Shown piece by piece: positions 33,861 through 43,985 of a stretch of 55,768 nt of DNA (position 1 is its first letter; the number at the start of each line of letters is the position of its first letter). The stretch comes from Folioceros fuciformis (taxonomy: Eukaryota). The translations under genes were made by a program, and so were the position numbers. The DNA lies in contig JBNGIO010006380.1 in NCBI GenBank assembly GCA_049999805.1, positions 614,735-670,502 on the forward strand, given 5' to 3'. The notes beneath the pieces were generated by a model. That model saw nothing but the letters and a program-made list of their open reading frames with translations, was not told where the DNA came from and searched no databases.

Positions 33861-35643
33861 ATGGCGGAATCCAAGGTTCCCCTTCGAGAGCAGTTTGAGT
33901 GCCTGTGGAAGAAGCATATGGAAGGAGGAGGGGTTGGAGTCCCACCTCGTGTACTAGAGCTTCTGAGCTCTGCGTTTGCTGAGATTCCAGTGTCCTCATT
34001 TCCTCTTGTCCCAGCTGGAAAAGGTATCAGAGCTTTTGGTGATAAAGAACTTGTGTGGGTGGTTTGATGTGTAGGCTGCTCTCACTTGCTCATCCTTGTG
34101 GGAATTGAAAACGTTTTTCTGTTGTAGTGATTGAGGTCTCTGCAGACGCATCTGTTGCTGAGGCTGTGAGTACTCTTTCCAAGCATAATATATTTTCAGC
34201 TCCCGTGAGGAGTTCAGCTGGAGAAGGGGCTCCTCGGTACATTGGCATGATAGATTATGGGGCAGTGATCCTGTGGGTGTTGGAGCAAGCAGAGCTTGCA
34301 GCTGCAGCCATTGCTGCAGGCTCGGCCACCATTGCTGGAGTTGGGGCTGGAGCCGTTGGTGCCCTCGGTGCTGTGGTGCTAGGGCTGACAGGACCGGCTG
34401 CAGTTGCTGGGCTGGCTACAGCAGCAGTGGGAGCCGCAGTGGCAGGTGGGCTGGCAGCAGAGAGGGGGACTGGCAGAGATGCTTCTACAGCTGCTGGTGC
34501 CCTGGGAGATGAGTTCTACCATGTCATCCTGAGAGAGGAGCCTTTCAAGTCTACGACAGTATGTTATTCCACAAGTGCTCTGTGTGTTAAGAGTTTTCTA
34601 TGCTTTGTCCTAACTTAAGCTACCTGTGTTTAACTTTGCAAACCTTGGGTGACTGCGTCACCAGGTCTTGCAGCTTGTGGAGTCATACCGATGGGCTCCT
34701 TTCTTTCCAGTTGGGACCGAGGACTCCATGATGACAGTCCTACTCGTCATGTCCAGACAAAGGATGGGGAGTGTTCCAGTTGTTCAACCCGACAAGCCTG
34801 AAATTCTGAATCTCATCACTCCGTCAGCAGTTGTGCGTGCCCTCTGTCAGTGCCAGGGTCGAGACTGGTTCGACACAATTGCTACGAGGCCTCTGCACGA
34901 GCTGGCGTTGCCTCGCATGGCTCCTGATCAGGTGCCTAGTGACATGCATTGTCACGTCGAATGTCTCACCAAGAGCTGTATCCTGCATGATGCTTGAGGG
35001 GCCATTCATCACATGAGTATGCCTGTCACGTTCATTTTCCTATCTTGCAGGTTGTCTTCGTGGAGAGTGACAGACTGGTTTTGGAGGCTTTCAAGCTGAT
35101 GCGAGACAAGGCAGTCGGGGGTCTGCCAGTGGTCGATCCCCAGACCCAGGAAATTGTGGGCAACATCAGTGGCAGGGACATTCGCTTCTTGTTGCTGAAA
35201 CCTGAGCTCTTCGCAAGGAGGCAGTAAGTGTTTTTCCACCCGAATGATTCGTTTTCTTCACAGCTTGCATTTTCCGTGCAGATGTACTTTCCATTCGAAA
35301 CGGACTTTCGTCGGCTGCTCCATCCTTCCCTTCACCTCCTCAATGAATCGCTGGTTGCTCTGGCAGGGACTTGACAGTGCTGGACTTCATCGGAATTGTG
35401 ACCTCTGCTCCACCGAAGTCTGACCTTCCTCTCCTGACTCCGCCTGTTGTCACTGAGGAGGGCGCAACTTTAGGTGAAATCATCCGCACAGTGTCTGAAA
35501 AGAGAATCCATCGGATATATTTGGTAGACTCCACGCGCCGAGTGACGGGGGTGATCTCGCTTCGGGACATCATATCGTGCTTTGTTTCCCAAGAGAGCGA
35601 CCAAGTGTGCACTCCTGCGCATCACCAGCCGGCTGCGGAGTAG
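33861..35643 (+). CDS. CBS-domain protein, SnRK1 regulatory gamma-1-like, 5 exons
   Basis: SAFAEIPVSSFPLVPAGK, YIGMIDYGAVILWVLEQAELAA, a Gly/Ala-rich insert, ILREEPFKSTT, YRWAPFFPV, VGGLPVVD and KRIHRIYLVD...GVISLRDII. Confidence 0.92.
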
Positions 35644-35767
35644 ACCTCGCAAAGTTAGAACGACAGAAGGATTTGAGAGCTTCCGGAACAATTCAATGTC
35701 GCTTCCCGCAACCTTTGAGCGTGTGATGCGTTTGAACGATCCTGACACTAGGTTTCCAGTTTCAGCC

Positions 35768-36786
35768 ATGGGGCAGGGGGACGCTCTCGCTCCCGATGGA
35801 GGCGGAGTGCAAGGGAACGCAGTGCGCTACGAGCTGCAGCACATGCCGCATCGATACGAGGATATAGTGCTCTGCGTGGACGCAGACAGAGAGGTGGACT
35901 CCGAGATGCGGACGCAAGGGGTGAAGGGAGGAGGAATGACTCGATTGGAAGTGGTGAAGCAGGCGCTGCTGCTCTTCGTGCACGCAAAGCTCGCTATCAA
36001 TCCAAAGCACCGGTTTGCGTTTCTTCGGCTATCTCATCAGGCCACGTGGGTGTGTATGCCATTCCCGTCCATGAATCTTCGGAGCGGAAGGGTTGGCTTC
36101 GTTCGTTGTTGCTAACGTAACTTGCTTCGTGGTTGCAGCACCAGCATGAGTTCACCAATGACATTGATGTGATTACCAATTCTGTTAAGACCCTCACCTC
36201 CGATGGATTGTCTCTCAGATGCAATCTCACGTCTCTCTTGCGGACAGTTGCCGCTGAAGCAAAAACCTGCCACTCTCTTGGAAGAATTCTGCGAGTGGTG
36301 AGTGTTTCCGAGCGTTCCTTGGTTCTTGGATGTGGCGGTTTTGTGGTGCATTGCATTGGGGCTACTGGTTGTTGATGGGTTGCAACATTTGGCCAGGTGC
36401 TGGTGTACTGCAGATCGTCTGTTGTCCCCGAGATGACAATGCCCTGGCCAGAGAATCAACGCCTGTTCACATTCGATGTTATGTATCTACATGACAAGCC
36501 GTCGCGTGACAATTGTCCGCAGAAGGTTTATGATGCTCTAGTGGATGCTCTTGAGCGAGTAAGTGAGCATGATGGTTACATCTACGAGAGTGGCAGTGGG
36601 CTAGCCAGGCTTCTGTTCAAGAATATGTGCATGTTGCTAGCTCATCCTCAGCAGCGGTGTGGGCAAGATGATTTTCATGTACCCAGAGATCTGTCGAGAG
36701 TTGTACCTCCATCTGATATTCCTGTTGGTGGTCCGCCGACCAGAAAAGAAGACAGTGAGCAACTCATACTTCCGCCTAGTGCTTAA
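35768..36786 (+). CDS. BABAM1/MERIT40-like vWA protein (BRISC/BRCA1-A complex), 3 exons
   Basis: EDIVLCVD...TRLEVVKQALLLFVHAKLAINPKHRFAF, RVVLVYCRSS, FTFDVMYLHDKPSRDNCPQKVYDAL and LLAHPQQR. Confidence 0.87.
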
Positions 36787-37487
36787 AGCAAGAGTGGACG
36801 ATACTGATAGCCGTAGGGCACTATTAACTTGCACATTCCTCTAGCAGACCGAAATTTTACTGGAGTTACATGCTTCTCGAAACACGCAATACTGTACTAA
36901 GATGGATTTGTTCAGCGCTAAGACACTCCGAGCGCAAATCCAGCTGCTGCCTCTGTAAGTTACGCACCAGTGCTTGAACACTGGTGCAGCCTACCCCTTC
37001 ACGGACCCCTTTCACGCGTGCTTTCCCATGAGCTGCCAGGACGTCCATGTGGAATCGACGACCCAGCCTGCATCGTATGATTCACAAAATTCTGCATATA
37101 TGTCTACCATACAGATAGTTGCACACCAGAAAGTCTGTCATGCTTCCAAAATTTGCGAGTGCAGCTGCCTGCCCTGCTGTCAAGTTACGCACCATTGCTT
37201 GAACACCAGAATTGCAAAACCGCCCCCAGGAAGGCAAGCACAAGTAGTACGGTCAACGCCGTGTCACTCCGCCTGAAGTAGTAAATCAGTGACCGGGAAA
37301 ATATCTCCTCTTTTTTGGATGTGCGGCAGAGTACAGAGACAGGGGGCTATGAATTTGTTCTTCCCATCCTTTATTAAATGGCCAAAATATGACCAAGAAC
37401 CTGCCCGTAGATGCTCAGTGACCAAAAATTCCACGAGCACTCACAATTGTATGCAACACTCAAAACATCGTAACTCCCACTTCCGGA

Positions 37488-40283
37488 TTACAAAACTTGG
37501 TTAAACTCAGGTTCCACGAAGCCGTCAGTTTCATCCAGATTTGCGTTAACAGCAATAGACATTGACTTGACCATGTCTCCAGCATCCAGCCGCATCAGTT
37601 TCACTCCCCTGGTTCTGCGGCCCTGAATAGAAATATCTCGGACCCTCAGACGATTGATGATCCCACTTTGGCTACCGAGGACAACCTGCTCATCGCTTTC
37701 GCCATCGTCTGTCAGCTTTTCTCCCACTACAAACAAACCAACCAAGTAGTCCCCATCCCAATATTTCATTCCAATCGTACCAACTTTCCCTCCCTCGCTG
37801 AAAGAACCCAGAGGCACCCGTTTGCCAAATCCATTCGCAGTCACCAACAGAAGCCAAGGAGGGCCAGTCTTCTCAGTCTCATTCTGACCTTTGCTCAGAT
37901 ATGAGGCGGGCACAATATCCAAGGCTGCCATCCTGTCGCCCTCCTTCAATCTCATAGCTCCTTGTCCTTTTGTGGGCCGTCTCAGTGGCCTCAGCTTACT
38001 GCATCTCCACTCAACCACCTGCCCTCTCTGTGAGCCCATCACGATGATATCATCCTCGGCAGCCTGCCTTACCCACCTTAGCTCATCTCCTCGCTCAAGC
38101 TGCATAGCCACTATGCCTGAAGTCCGGATGGCACCAAACGATGATAGTGAGGTGCGCTTTATAAACCCACCAGTGGTGAGCATCACAAGGTATTGATCTT
38201 CACGGAACTCACTTACAGAGAGTACGGATGTTATCCTTTCTCCTGGTGGCACAGCGAGAATCTGAACAAGAGGGCTACCAATTGCCGTCCGTGAACACTC
38301 GGGAATCTGATACGCACGGAGGGAATATACAACTCCTCTCTCACTAAAAAAAAGTACATAGTCATGAGCTCTGCAAACAAAGAACTTTGATAAGGAGTCA
38401 TCACTTCTCATCTTCTGTCCAGACTTGCCTGAGGTCCCTCGATTTTGGGCAGCGAATGTGTCAGATGCCATCCTTTTGATGTACCCCCTTGCACTTAACG
38501 TGACAAGCATCTCATCATTGGCAATAACATCGATGTCATCTATCTGCCCATCGGTGCCCTGATAAACAACTGTCCGTCGGGGAGTTCCAAAGTCATGTTT
38601 CAATTGCAGGGCTTCCTTTTCTATCAGCTGCAGCACACGCTGCCTACTAGTCAGCACCAGCTTCAAGCTCGATATCTCCGCTGCCAATGCATCATGTTCC
38701 TCTTCAAGTTTCGATTTTTCCAAGCTCGTGAGCCTCCTCAGAGGCATTGCCAACAACCCCTCTGCTTGCACCGCCGACAACCCCAGCTGCTCCTGCAATG
38801 CCCGCGACGCCCCTGCAGCATCCTTAGCAGACCGGATCATCCCCACCGCCTCATCCAACCTCTGCAGCCCAATCAAAAAACCCTGAACCAAATGGTCCCG
38901 GTCGTCCGCTCGCCTAAGCTGAAACCTCGTCCGCCTCTCAATTGTCAAGCACCGAAACTCCAAAAACGCCTCCAGAAACTCCTTCAACCCAAGAGTCCGA
39001 GGCTCCCCATTCCATATCGTAACCATGTTACAACTGAACTGCGTCTGCAGCCCAGTATACTTGTACAAATTATTCAGCACAACCTGCGGCACAACCCCAC
39101 GCTTCACCTCCACCACTATCCTCATCCCAGACCGATCACTCTCATCCCTCACATCACTCACCCCCTCCAACGTCTTATTAGTCACCATATCCGCAATCTG
39201 TTCCACCAATGCTGCCTTATTTGTCTGATACGGCAACTCAGTAATGAAAACCGCAGACCGCCCACTCCTCCCATCCAACTGCTCAATCTGCGCCTTCCCC
39301 CTCAGCGTCAACCGCCCCCTCCCCGTCCTGTAAGCATCGATAATCCCCAAAGTCCCCAAAATCTGCCCTCCTGTGGGAAAATCCGGCGCAGGCACATACT
39401 CCATCAGCTCCTGCACCGTCGCATTCGGATTTCTCATAAACGCACACAACGCATCCGCAATCTCTCCTAGATTGTGAGGCGGGATGTTGGTCGCCATCCC
39501 AACCGCAATTCCCGACGCCCCATTCAACAAAACATTTGGCAACCTCGCCGGCAAAACCACTGGCTCCTGCTGCGACTCATCGAAGTTGTTCGCAAAATCC
39601 ACCGTGTCCATCTCCAAATCCGCCAGTAGCATGGACTCCGACACCGGTTCTAGCCTGCACTCCGTGTACCGCATCGCAGCGGCCGGGTCGGCATCAATGG
39701 AGCCAAAATTCCCATGCCCGTCGATCAAAGGCGACCTCAACGCAAACCTCTGCGCCATCCGCACCAAAGCATCGTACACCGCCGCGTCCCCGTGCGGGTG
39801 GTACTTCCCCAACACCTCCCCCACCACCCTAGCGCTCTTCTTGAAGGCCTTCTTCGAGCTGAGCCCGAGTTCGTGCATTGCGAACAGAATCCTCCTGTGC
39901 ACCGGCTTCAGCCCGTCCCTCACGTCCGGCAGCGCTCGGCCTACGATCACAGACATGGCGTAGGCCACGTACGAATCGGAGGCCTCCTTGTGGACCTCCA
40001 CCTGCACCACCCGCTGGTCCTGCGCCAGCAGAAACCCCGCCTCCGGCCCGGCCCGCCCATCTCCGTCCTCGGAACCTTCCCCGACTGTCCCAGCCGCAGC
40101 AACCGCCTGCTGCTCCCTCCGCATACCCGCACCCCCTCGCGCACCAGCGCTCCACCGCCGGCTACCCTGCCCCCGCAGCAGGAGCCTGCTGGAATTGGAG
40201 ACAGAGGCGCAGGAGGAGAGGAGCCACAGCCTGGAGGTCCTGGCAAGCGGAATTGCGCAGCTCGGGGCCGCGCCCGACACCAT
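37488..40283 (-). CDS. gyrA: Organelle-targeted DNA gyrase subunit A, intronless (start ATG could be 40283, 40307 or further upstream)
   Basis: [34 protein letters not shown], catalytic [22 protein letters not shown], GyrA-box-like QNRGTSGK and beta-pinwheel repeats. The N-terminus is Ser/Arg-rich and transit-like. Confidence 0.96.
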   Translation of the reverse strand: MVSGAAPSCAIPLARTSRLWLLSSCASVSNSSRLLLRGQGSRRWSAGARGGAGMRREQQAVAAAGTVGEGSEDGDGRAGPEAGFLLAQDQRVVQVEVHKEASDSYVAYAMSVIVGRALPDVRDGLKPVHRRILFAMHELGLSSKKAFKKSARVVGEVLGKYHPHGDAAVYDALVRMAQRFALRSPLIDGHGNFGSIDADPAAAMRYTECRLEPVSESMLLADLEMDTVDFANNFDESQQEPVVLPARLPNVLLNGASGIAVGMATNIPPHNLGEIADALCAFMRNPNATVQELMEYVPAPDFPTGGQILGTLGIIDAYRTGRGRLTLRGKAQIEQLDGRSGRSAVFITELPYQTNKAALVEQIADMVTNKTLEGVSDVRDESDRSGMRIVVEVKRGVVPQVVLNNLYKYTGLQTQFSCNMVTIWNGEPRTLGLKEFLEAFLEFRCLTIERRTRFQLRRADDRDHLVQGFLIGLQRLDEAVGMIRSAKDAAGASRALQEQLGLSAVQAEGLLAMPLRRLTSLEKSKLEEEHDALAAEISSLKLVLTSRQRVLQLIEKEALQLKHDFGTPRRTVVYQGTDGQIDDIDVIANDEMLVTLSARGYIKRMASDTFAAQNRGTSGKSGQKMRSDDSLSKFFVCRAHDYVLFFSERGVVYSLRAYQIPECSRTAIGSPLVQILAVPPGERITSVLSVSEFREDQYLVMLTTGGFIKRTSLSSFGAIRTSGIVAMQLERGDELRWVRQAAEDDIIVMGSQRGQVVEWRCSKLRPLRRPTKGQGAMRLKEGDRMAALDIVPASYLSKGQNETEKTGPPWLLLVTANGFGKRVPLGSFSEGGKVGTIGMKYWDGDYLVGLFVVGEKLTDDGESDEQVVLGSQSGIINRLRVRDISIQGRRTRGVKLMRLDAGDMVKSMSIAVNANLDETDGFVEPEFNQVL

Positions 40284-40830
40284 GGCCAAGCTCCCCGAGA
40301 GCGTCATTCTGCGGATGCCTTGCCTCGGTACCCAGGAGAAGAAAAGACACGACACGCCTGTTCTGCACAAATGCATTGCGTTTTGCCGCAACCTGTTCGT
40401 CATGTGCACCTTCCCCGCGCCCCAGCACCCTCCAAGGCTGGGCTTTCCCCCTCCCACATTGCGCTCTGCGCTGCCATGGCGTCCCCTGGAGTCATACTCC
40501 ACCAGTCTCCTCCCAGCTTGCTCGATAACACTGTGCCGCCCTTGGGTCTAGGGTTTATCGTCTTTCATTTCAGGCCTGCAAAGTTCAAACAACAAAAACT
40601 GCAATACGGACAGTTCGAGATCAGGACAAAACTGCAATGCGGATAGTTGGAAGATCAGAACACGCAGCCACTTCGCAGTCAGGTGGTGCTCTCAACGAAT
40701 GCAACGCTGGATGCAGCACCAAGCTTGAAGGAATTCCAGTCTATTGTAAGGACGAATGAACGTCAAAGTACGTTTGTACACAGATGGTCATAAATACGAC
40801 AGTTACATTAGGTAGCCTTCAACCTTCTGA

Positions 40831-40893
40831 CCCCTAAACAGACTACCCCTAAGCAAACCACCCCTAAGCAAACCATCCCTAAGCAAACCACCC
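40831..40893. repeat. 15-bp tandem repeat x4
   Basis: cccctaagcaaacca units at 40831 (degenerate), 40846, 40861 and 40876. Confidence 0.85.
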
Positions 40894-40961
40894 TGATCAA
40901 TCATAACTTGACTCGTCCTTGCGTTGTTGCCTATCTGAAACCTCCTCATCAAACCACTTCT

Positions 40962-41624
40962 TCAACGAAAGCTCCAGCAAGCCGCCTCCTCCTCCTCCGT
41001 AGTTGTCTCACATTCCACATAGCAACCAACATGGTTCTCGTCAAGCTCTTCACGACATCTACAACTGTAAACGATTGGCACCTCATCTACACTTCTGGCC
41101 TTGGCTGCTAAAGTCGCCTTTTCCAAATGGTTGAACTCCCGATGAAACTTAATAATTTCTAGCATACTGTCTCTCGCATCAAGAACCAACTTCCTAGCCC
41201 TTTCAGCCCCTTGTTCAAGATTGGTTCGCGAATCAAATAGTGAGGCCAGTGTCTTTGATACTGCATTGATCTCTTTTGGTGTGGATACCTCGATGATCTC
41301 TTCTGATGTGGCATCTATCTCCAACTCCAGGATTTTGATCCAGCGCAGATAAGGCTCTGGCTCTTCATTTGCGATTTCAACCTTGAGAATATTCAACAAG
41401 TCACTACATGGCTTGATGTCCTTAGCATGTAGGAAGGGGTCCACGTTGCCTCCTTGCTGACTCAAGTTCCATGCAGCTAGCTTCCAGCGCAATGCTGTGA
41501 CAACCTTTGACATAGCCACCTCTAGGTGATTACGTCGAAATTCATCACTAAGGGAGAGGGCATGTTCCCTCGCCGCTCTAGCTTTTTTTTTTTTTTTTTT
41601 TTTTTTTGGATTAGGTCTCGCCAT
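40962..41624 (-). CDS. Orphan ORF (~220 aa from ATG 41624) with poly-Lys encoded by a poly-A tract; possibly transposon-derived
   Basis: Open frame MARPNPKKKKKKKKARA...; T25 at 41583-41607 on the + strand. No domain recognised. Confidence 0.4.
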   Translation of the reverse strand: MARPNPKKKKKKKKARAAREHALSLSDEFRRNHLEVAMSKVVTALRWKLAAWNLSQQGGNVDPFLHAKDIKPCSDLLNILKVEIANEEPEPYLRWIKILELEIDATSEEIIEVSTPKEINAVSKTLASLFDSRTNLEQGAERARKLVLDARDSMLEIIKFHREFNHLEKATLAAKARSVDEVPIVYSCRCREELDENHVGCYVECETTTEEEEAACWSFR

Positions 41625-41935
41625 AATCAAGGACACAGGAAATGACAACACTCTTGCCACGCTTAAATACTGTTCCAATCGTTGCATTGGACTCTCGGTA
41701 CTTTTTGGTGGGCCCATATATAGGTGCCGCAAACTCGCTGAGAGTGCCTTCAGAATGCGCATGTATAGGTGTCCCAAACTCGATAGAGTGCCTTCGGAGG
41801 GCCTGTTAATAAGTGCCACATTTGATTTATTTAAAGTATAATGTGAGAAACCAATCAAACAAATATCTCTTCGATGGAAGGAATGATATTAGTTTTAACC
41901 AACGTCTTTCTAGTAGTAATATCAATGTACTATTC

Positions 41936-42018
41936 ATAATGATTTTTTTAAGTCTACTAAGCATAGGATAAATCAACTATTTATAATGATTTTTTTAAGT
42001 CTACTAAGCATAGGATAA
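41936..42018. repeat. 36-bp direct repeat pair (47-bp period)
   Basis: ataatgatttttttaagtctactaagcataggataaa at 41936 and 41983. Confidence 0.85.
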
Positions 42019-42031
42019 AATATGGTCACTT

Positions 42032-43355
42032 CTCGGCGTACTTACAACCTAACTCGATTTCACTCGATTTGGAAAAAACAAAAAATCACTCCAACGCATA
42101 AAGATACGGAGTGATGTGTGGGGGGTTGGGTGAGGGTCCTTCGGGGATTGGTAGCATGTTAACAACAATGGCCGGTGAATGGTTTTGACGTTGTTCTCTT
42201 TGTCAATCGCCAGAAGCCGTCGAAGAACATGGTTTTGACGTTGTTCTCTTTGTCAATCGCCAGAAGCCGTCGAAGAACATGGTTTTGACGTTGTTCTCTT
42301 TGCCAATCGCCAGAAGCCGTCGAAGGACATGGTTTTGACGTTGTTTTCTTTGTCAATCGCCAAAAGCCGTCGAAGGACATGGTTTTGACGTTGTTCTCTT
42401 TGTCAATCGCCAGAAGCCTTCGAAGGACAGCTACGCGACCACCAGGCACAAATCAGGGCCGAGCGAGAAAAGGTCGAGAAACATCGATTGAAATGTCAAG
42501 GCCGCCCCCGTCCCAGCCATGAACCCGAGACCCAACTTCTCCACTAGATCATCTGCTCGGACCCTCCAGTAGTCCATGTTTGGCTAGAGGGCAATCTCGA
42601 CCTGCGCCATGGGCTGAGATGTGATGTTCCTGCAAGAATCACCCGCTGTTAGCTCAACCGACACTTTCGCCATCTATCGCTGTTCCAGAGTTTGCTTGCA
42701 TGCTGTTACCACCGCCTAACCCGCTCCTCACAGCCTCGCATTTCCTCAAGCCTGTCAGGAGATGGCTATTGTCGCCGCGCCCGCTGCCTCCTCCCAGGTC
42801 ACCACGTTCACCTCGTTTAGGTTGTACTCCTGCACTTTTGTTTGCCCACAGTCCGCTCCCCGACACTGCTTAAGTCGTGGTTGCGCTCCACTTCGAAAGT
42901 GCCCTTCAGACACTTGGACTTCCCCTTAGGGTTTCCATCTTCCGAAAGTTGTTCCTATTTCCATGACCACTACCGGCTTCCACTACCGGTTGCTCCTTCT
43001 ACGATTGCTTTCCCCATTCCACAACCGTCGTAAGGCTTTGTCTACCTCCCTTCTCAGACTAAGTCCACACACAAACCTTGACACTCTACTCCCGGTTCGA
43101 CCTCAATCACAAAATGACTCTGTCTATGGGGTCCCCCTCTTATATAGGCTTTGCGAATTGTTCAAAGATCAAAGGCCAAGGAACAATCAGCCCCCTTGGT
43201 CTAAGGACTAGTTATTGGTCAGACCAAACGCAAAACTAAAAGCTCGTAGGCCAAGTAACTTTTAAGTATAAATACCTCGGCGTACTCACAACCTAACTCG
43301 ATTTCACACGAAACTTGGCAAAAAAAAAAAAAAAAACAAAAAATCACTCCAACGC
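42032..43355. mobile_element. Putative non-autonomous element bounded by ~66-80-bp direct repeats
   Basis: ctcggcgtactYacaacctaactcgatttcac...(A)n-caaaaaatcactccaacgc at 42032-42097 and 43276-43355. It encloses a 50-bp array and an LTR-like TATA on the minus strand. No TSD or coding domain identified. Confidence 0.45.
42179..42429. repeat. Minisatellite, 5 x 50 bp
   Basis: atggttttgacgttgttctctttgtcaatcgccagaagccgtcgaagRac; ggttttgacg recurs at 42181, 42231, 42281, 42331 and 42381. Confidence 0.95.
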
Positions 43356-43985
43356 GCACCTCAGCAGGGAGTTCCTAGTCATTAGATCGTTCACACTTAG
43401 GCTGTAGGAATGGATTAGAAAAACATACTCTTATTCTAAGCTTGAGAAAAAGCTATCTCAATCTCGATATGGTTCAAGTATATGTCTTGTTATGTGTCAA
43501 AGAAATAGCAACAAACTTGTCTTTGAATGTAATTTTTATCTTTGTGTTTACCCACATACTTTGATTCTTGATTCATAAAAGAAAGCTCGAGACGTAGTCT
43601 TCAGAATGCGCTATCTGTACTTTCCCTTTGATACCGAAAGGTATTTAAAAACGGGATTTGAAGTGTTTGCCACAAAAGGTTTGAATATAGCTCGCAAACT
43701 ATGGCAACAACGTCCATGCGAGATTGGACCCTGGCATAACCGGGCCTATGTCAGTTGGAAGGTATGGATGAATGACTCTGCATATATGCGGTAACGACTG
43801 TGTGCATGCCACACGCCACAGAGCGCATGCGAGCTGCACCGGCTACCGGTGTGGTGGTGGATCCCACGACTGTCACATGATTGAATTAATAACGTGACAA
43901 GTTCTTAGAGTCGCCAACGCCGCGTCCTCCTTGGTATGATTTTCGGGAAAATGTGGGAGTCTTGGGAAGACTTAATGGACGCGTG

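Noticed and set aside
37488-40502. gyrA as bacterial contamination
   Set aside because: It has a transit-like N-terminal extension, no operon context, and is contiguous with intron-containing plant genes.
38595-40646. + strand ORFs opposite gyrA
   Set aside because: Antisense shadows with no recognisable domains.
42179-42429. Possible CRISPR array
   Set aside because: Units are contiguous near-identical 50-mers with no unique spacers, no cas genes are present, and the context is eukaryotic.
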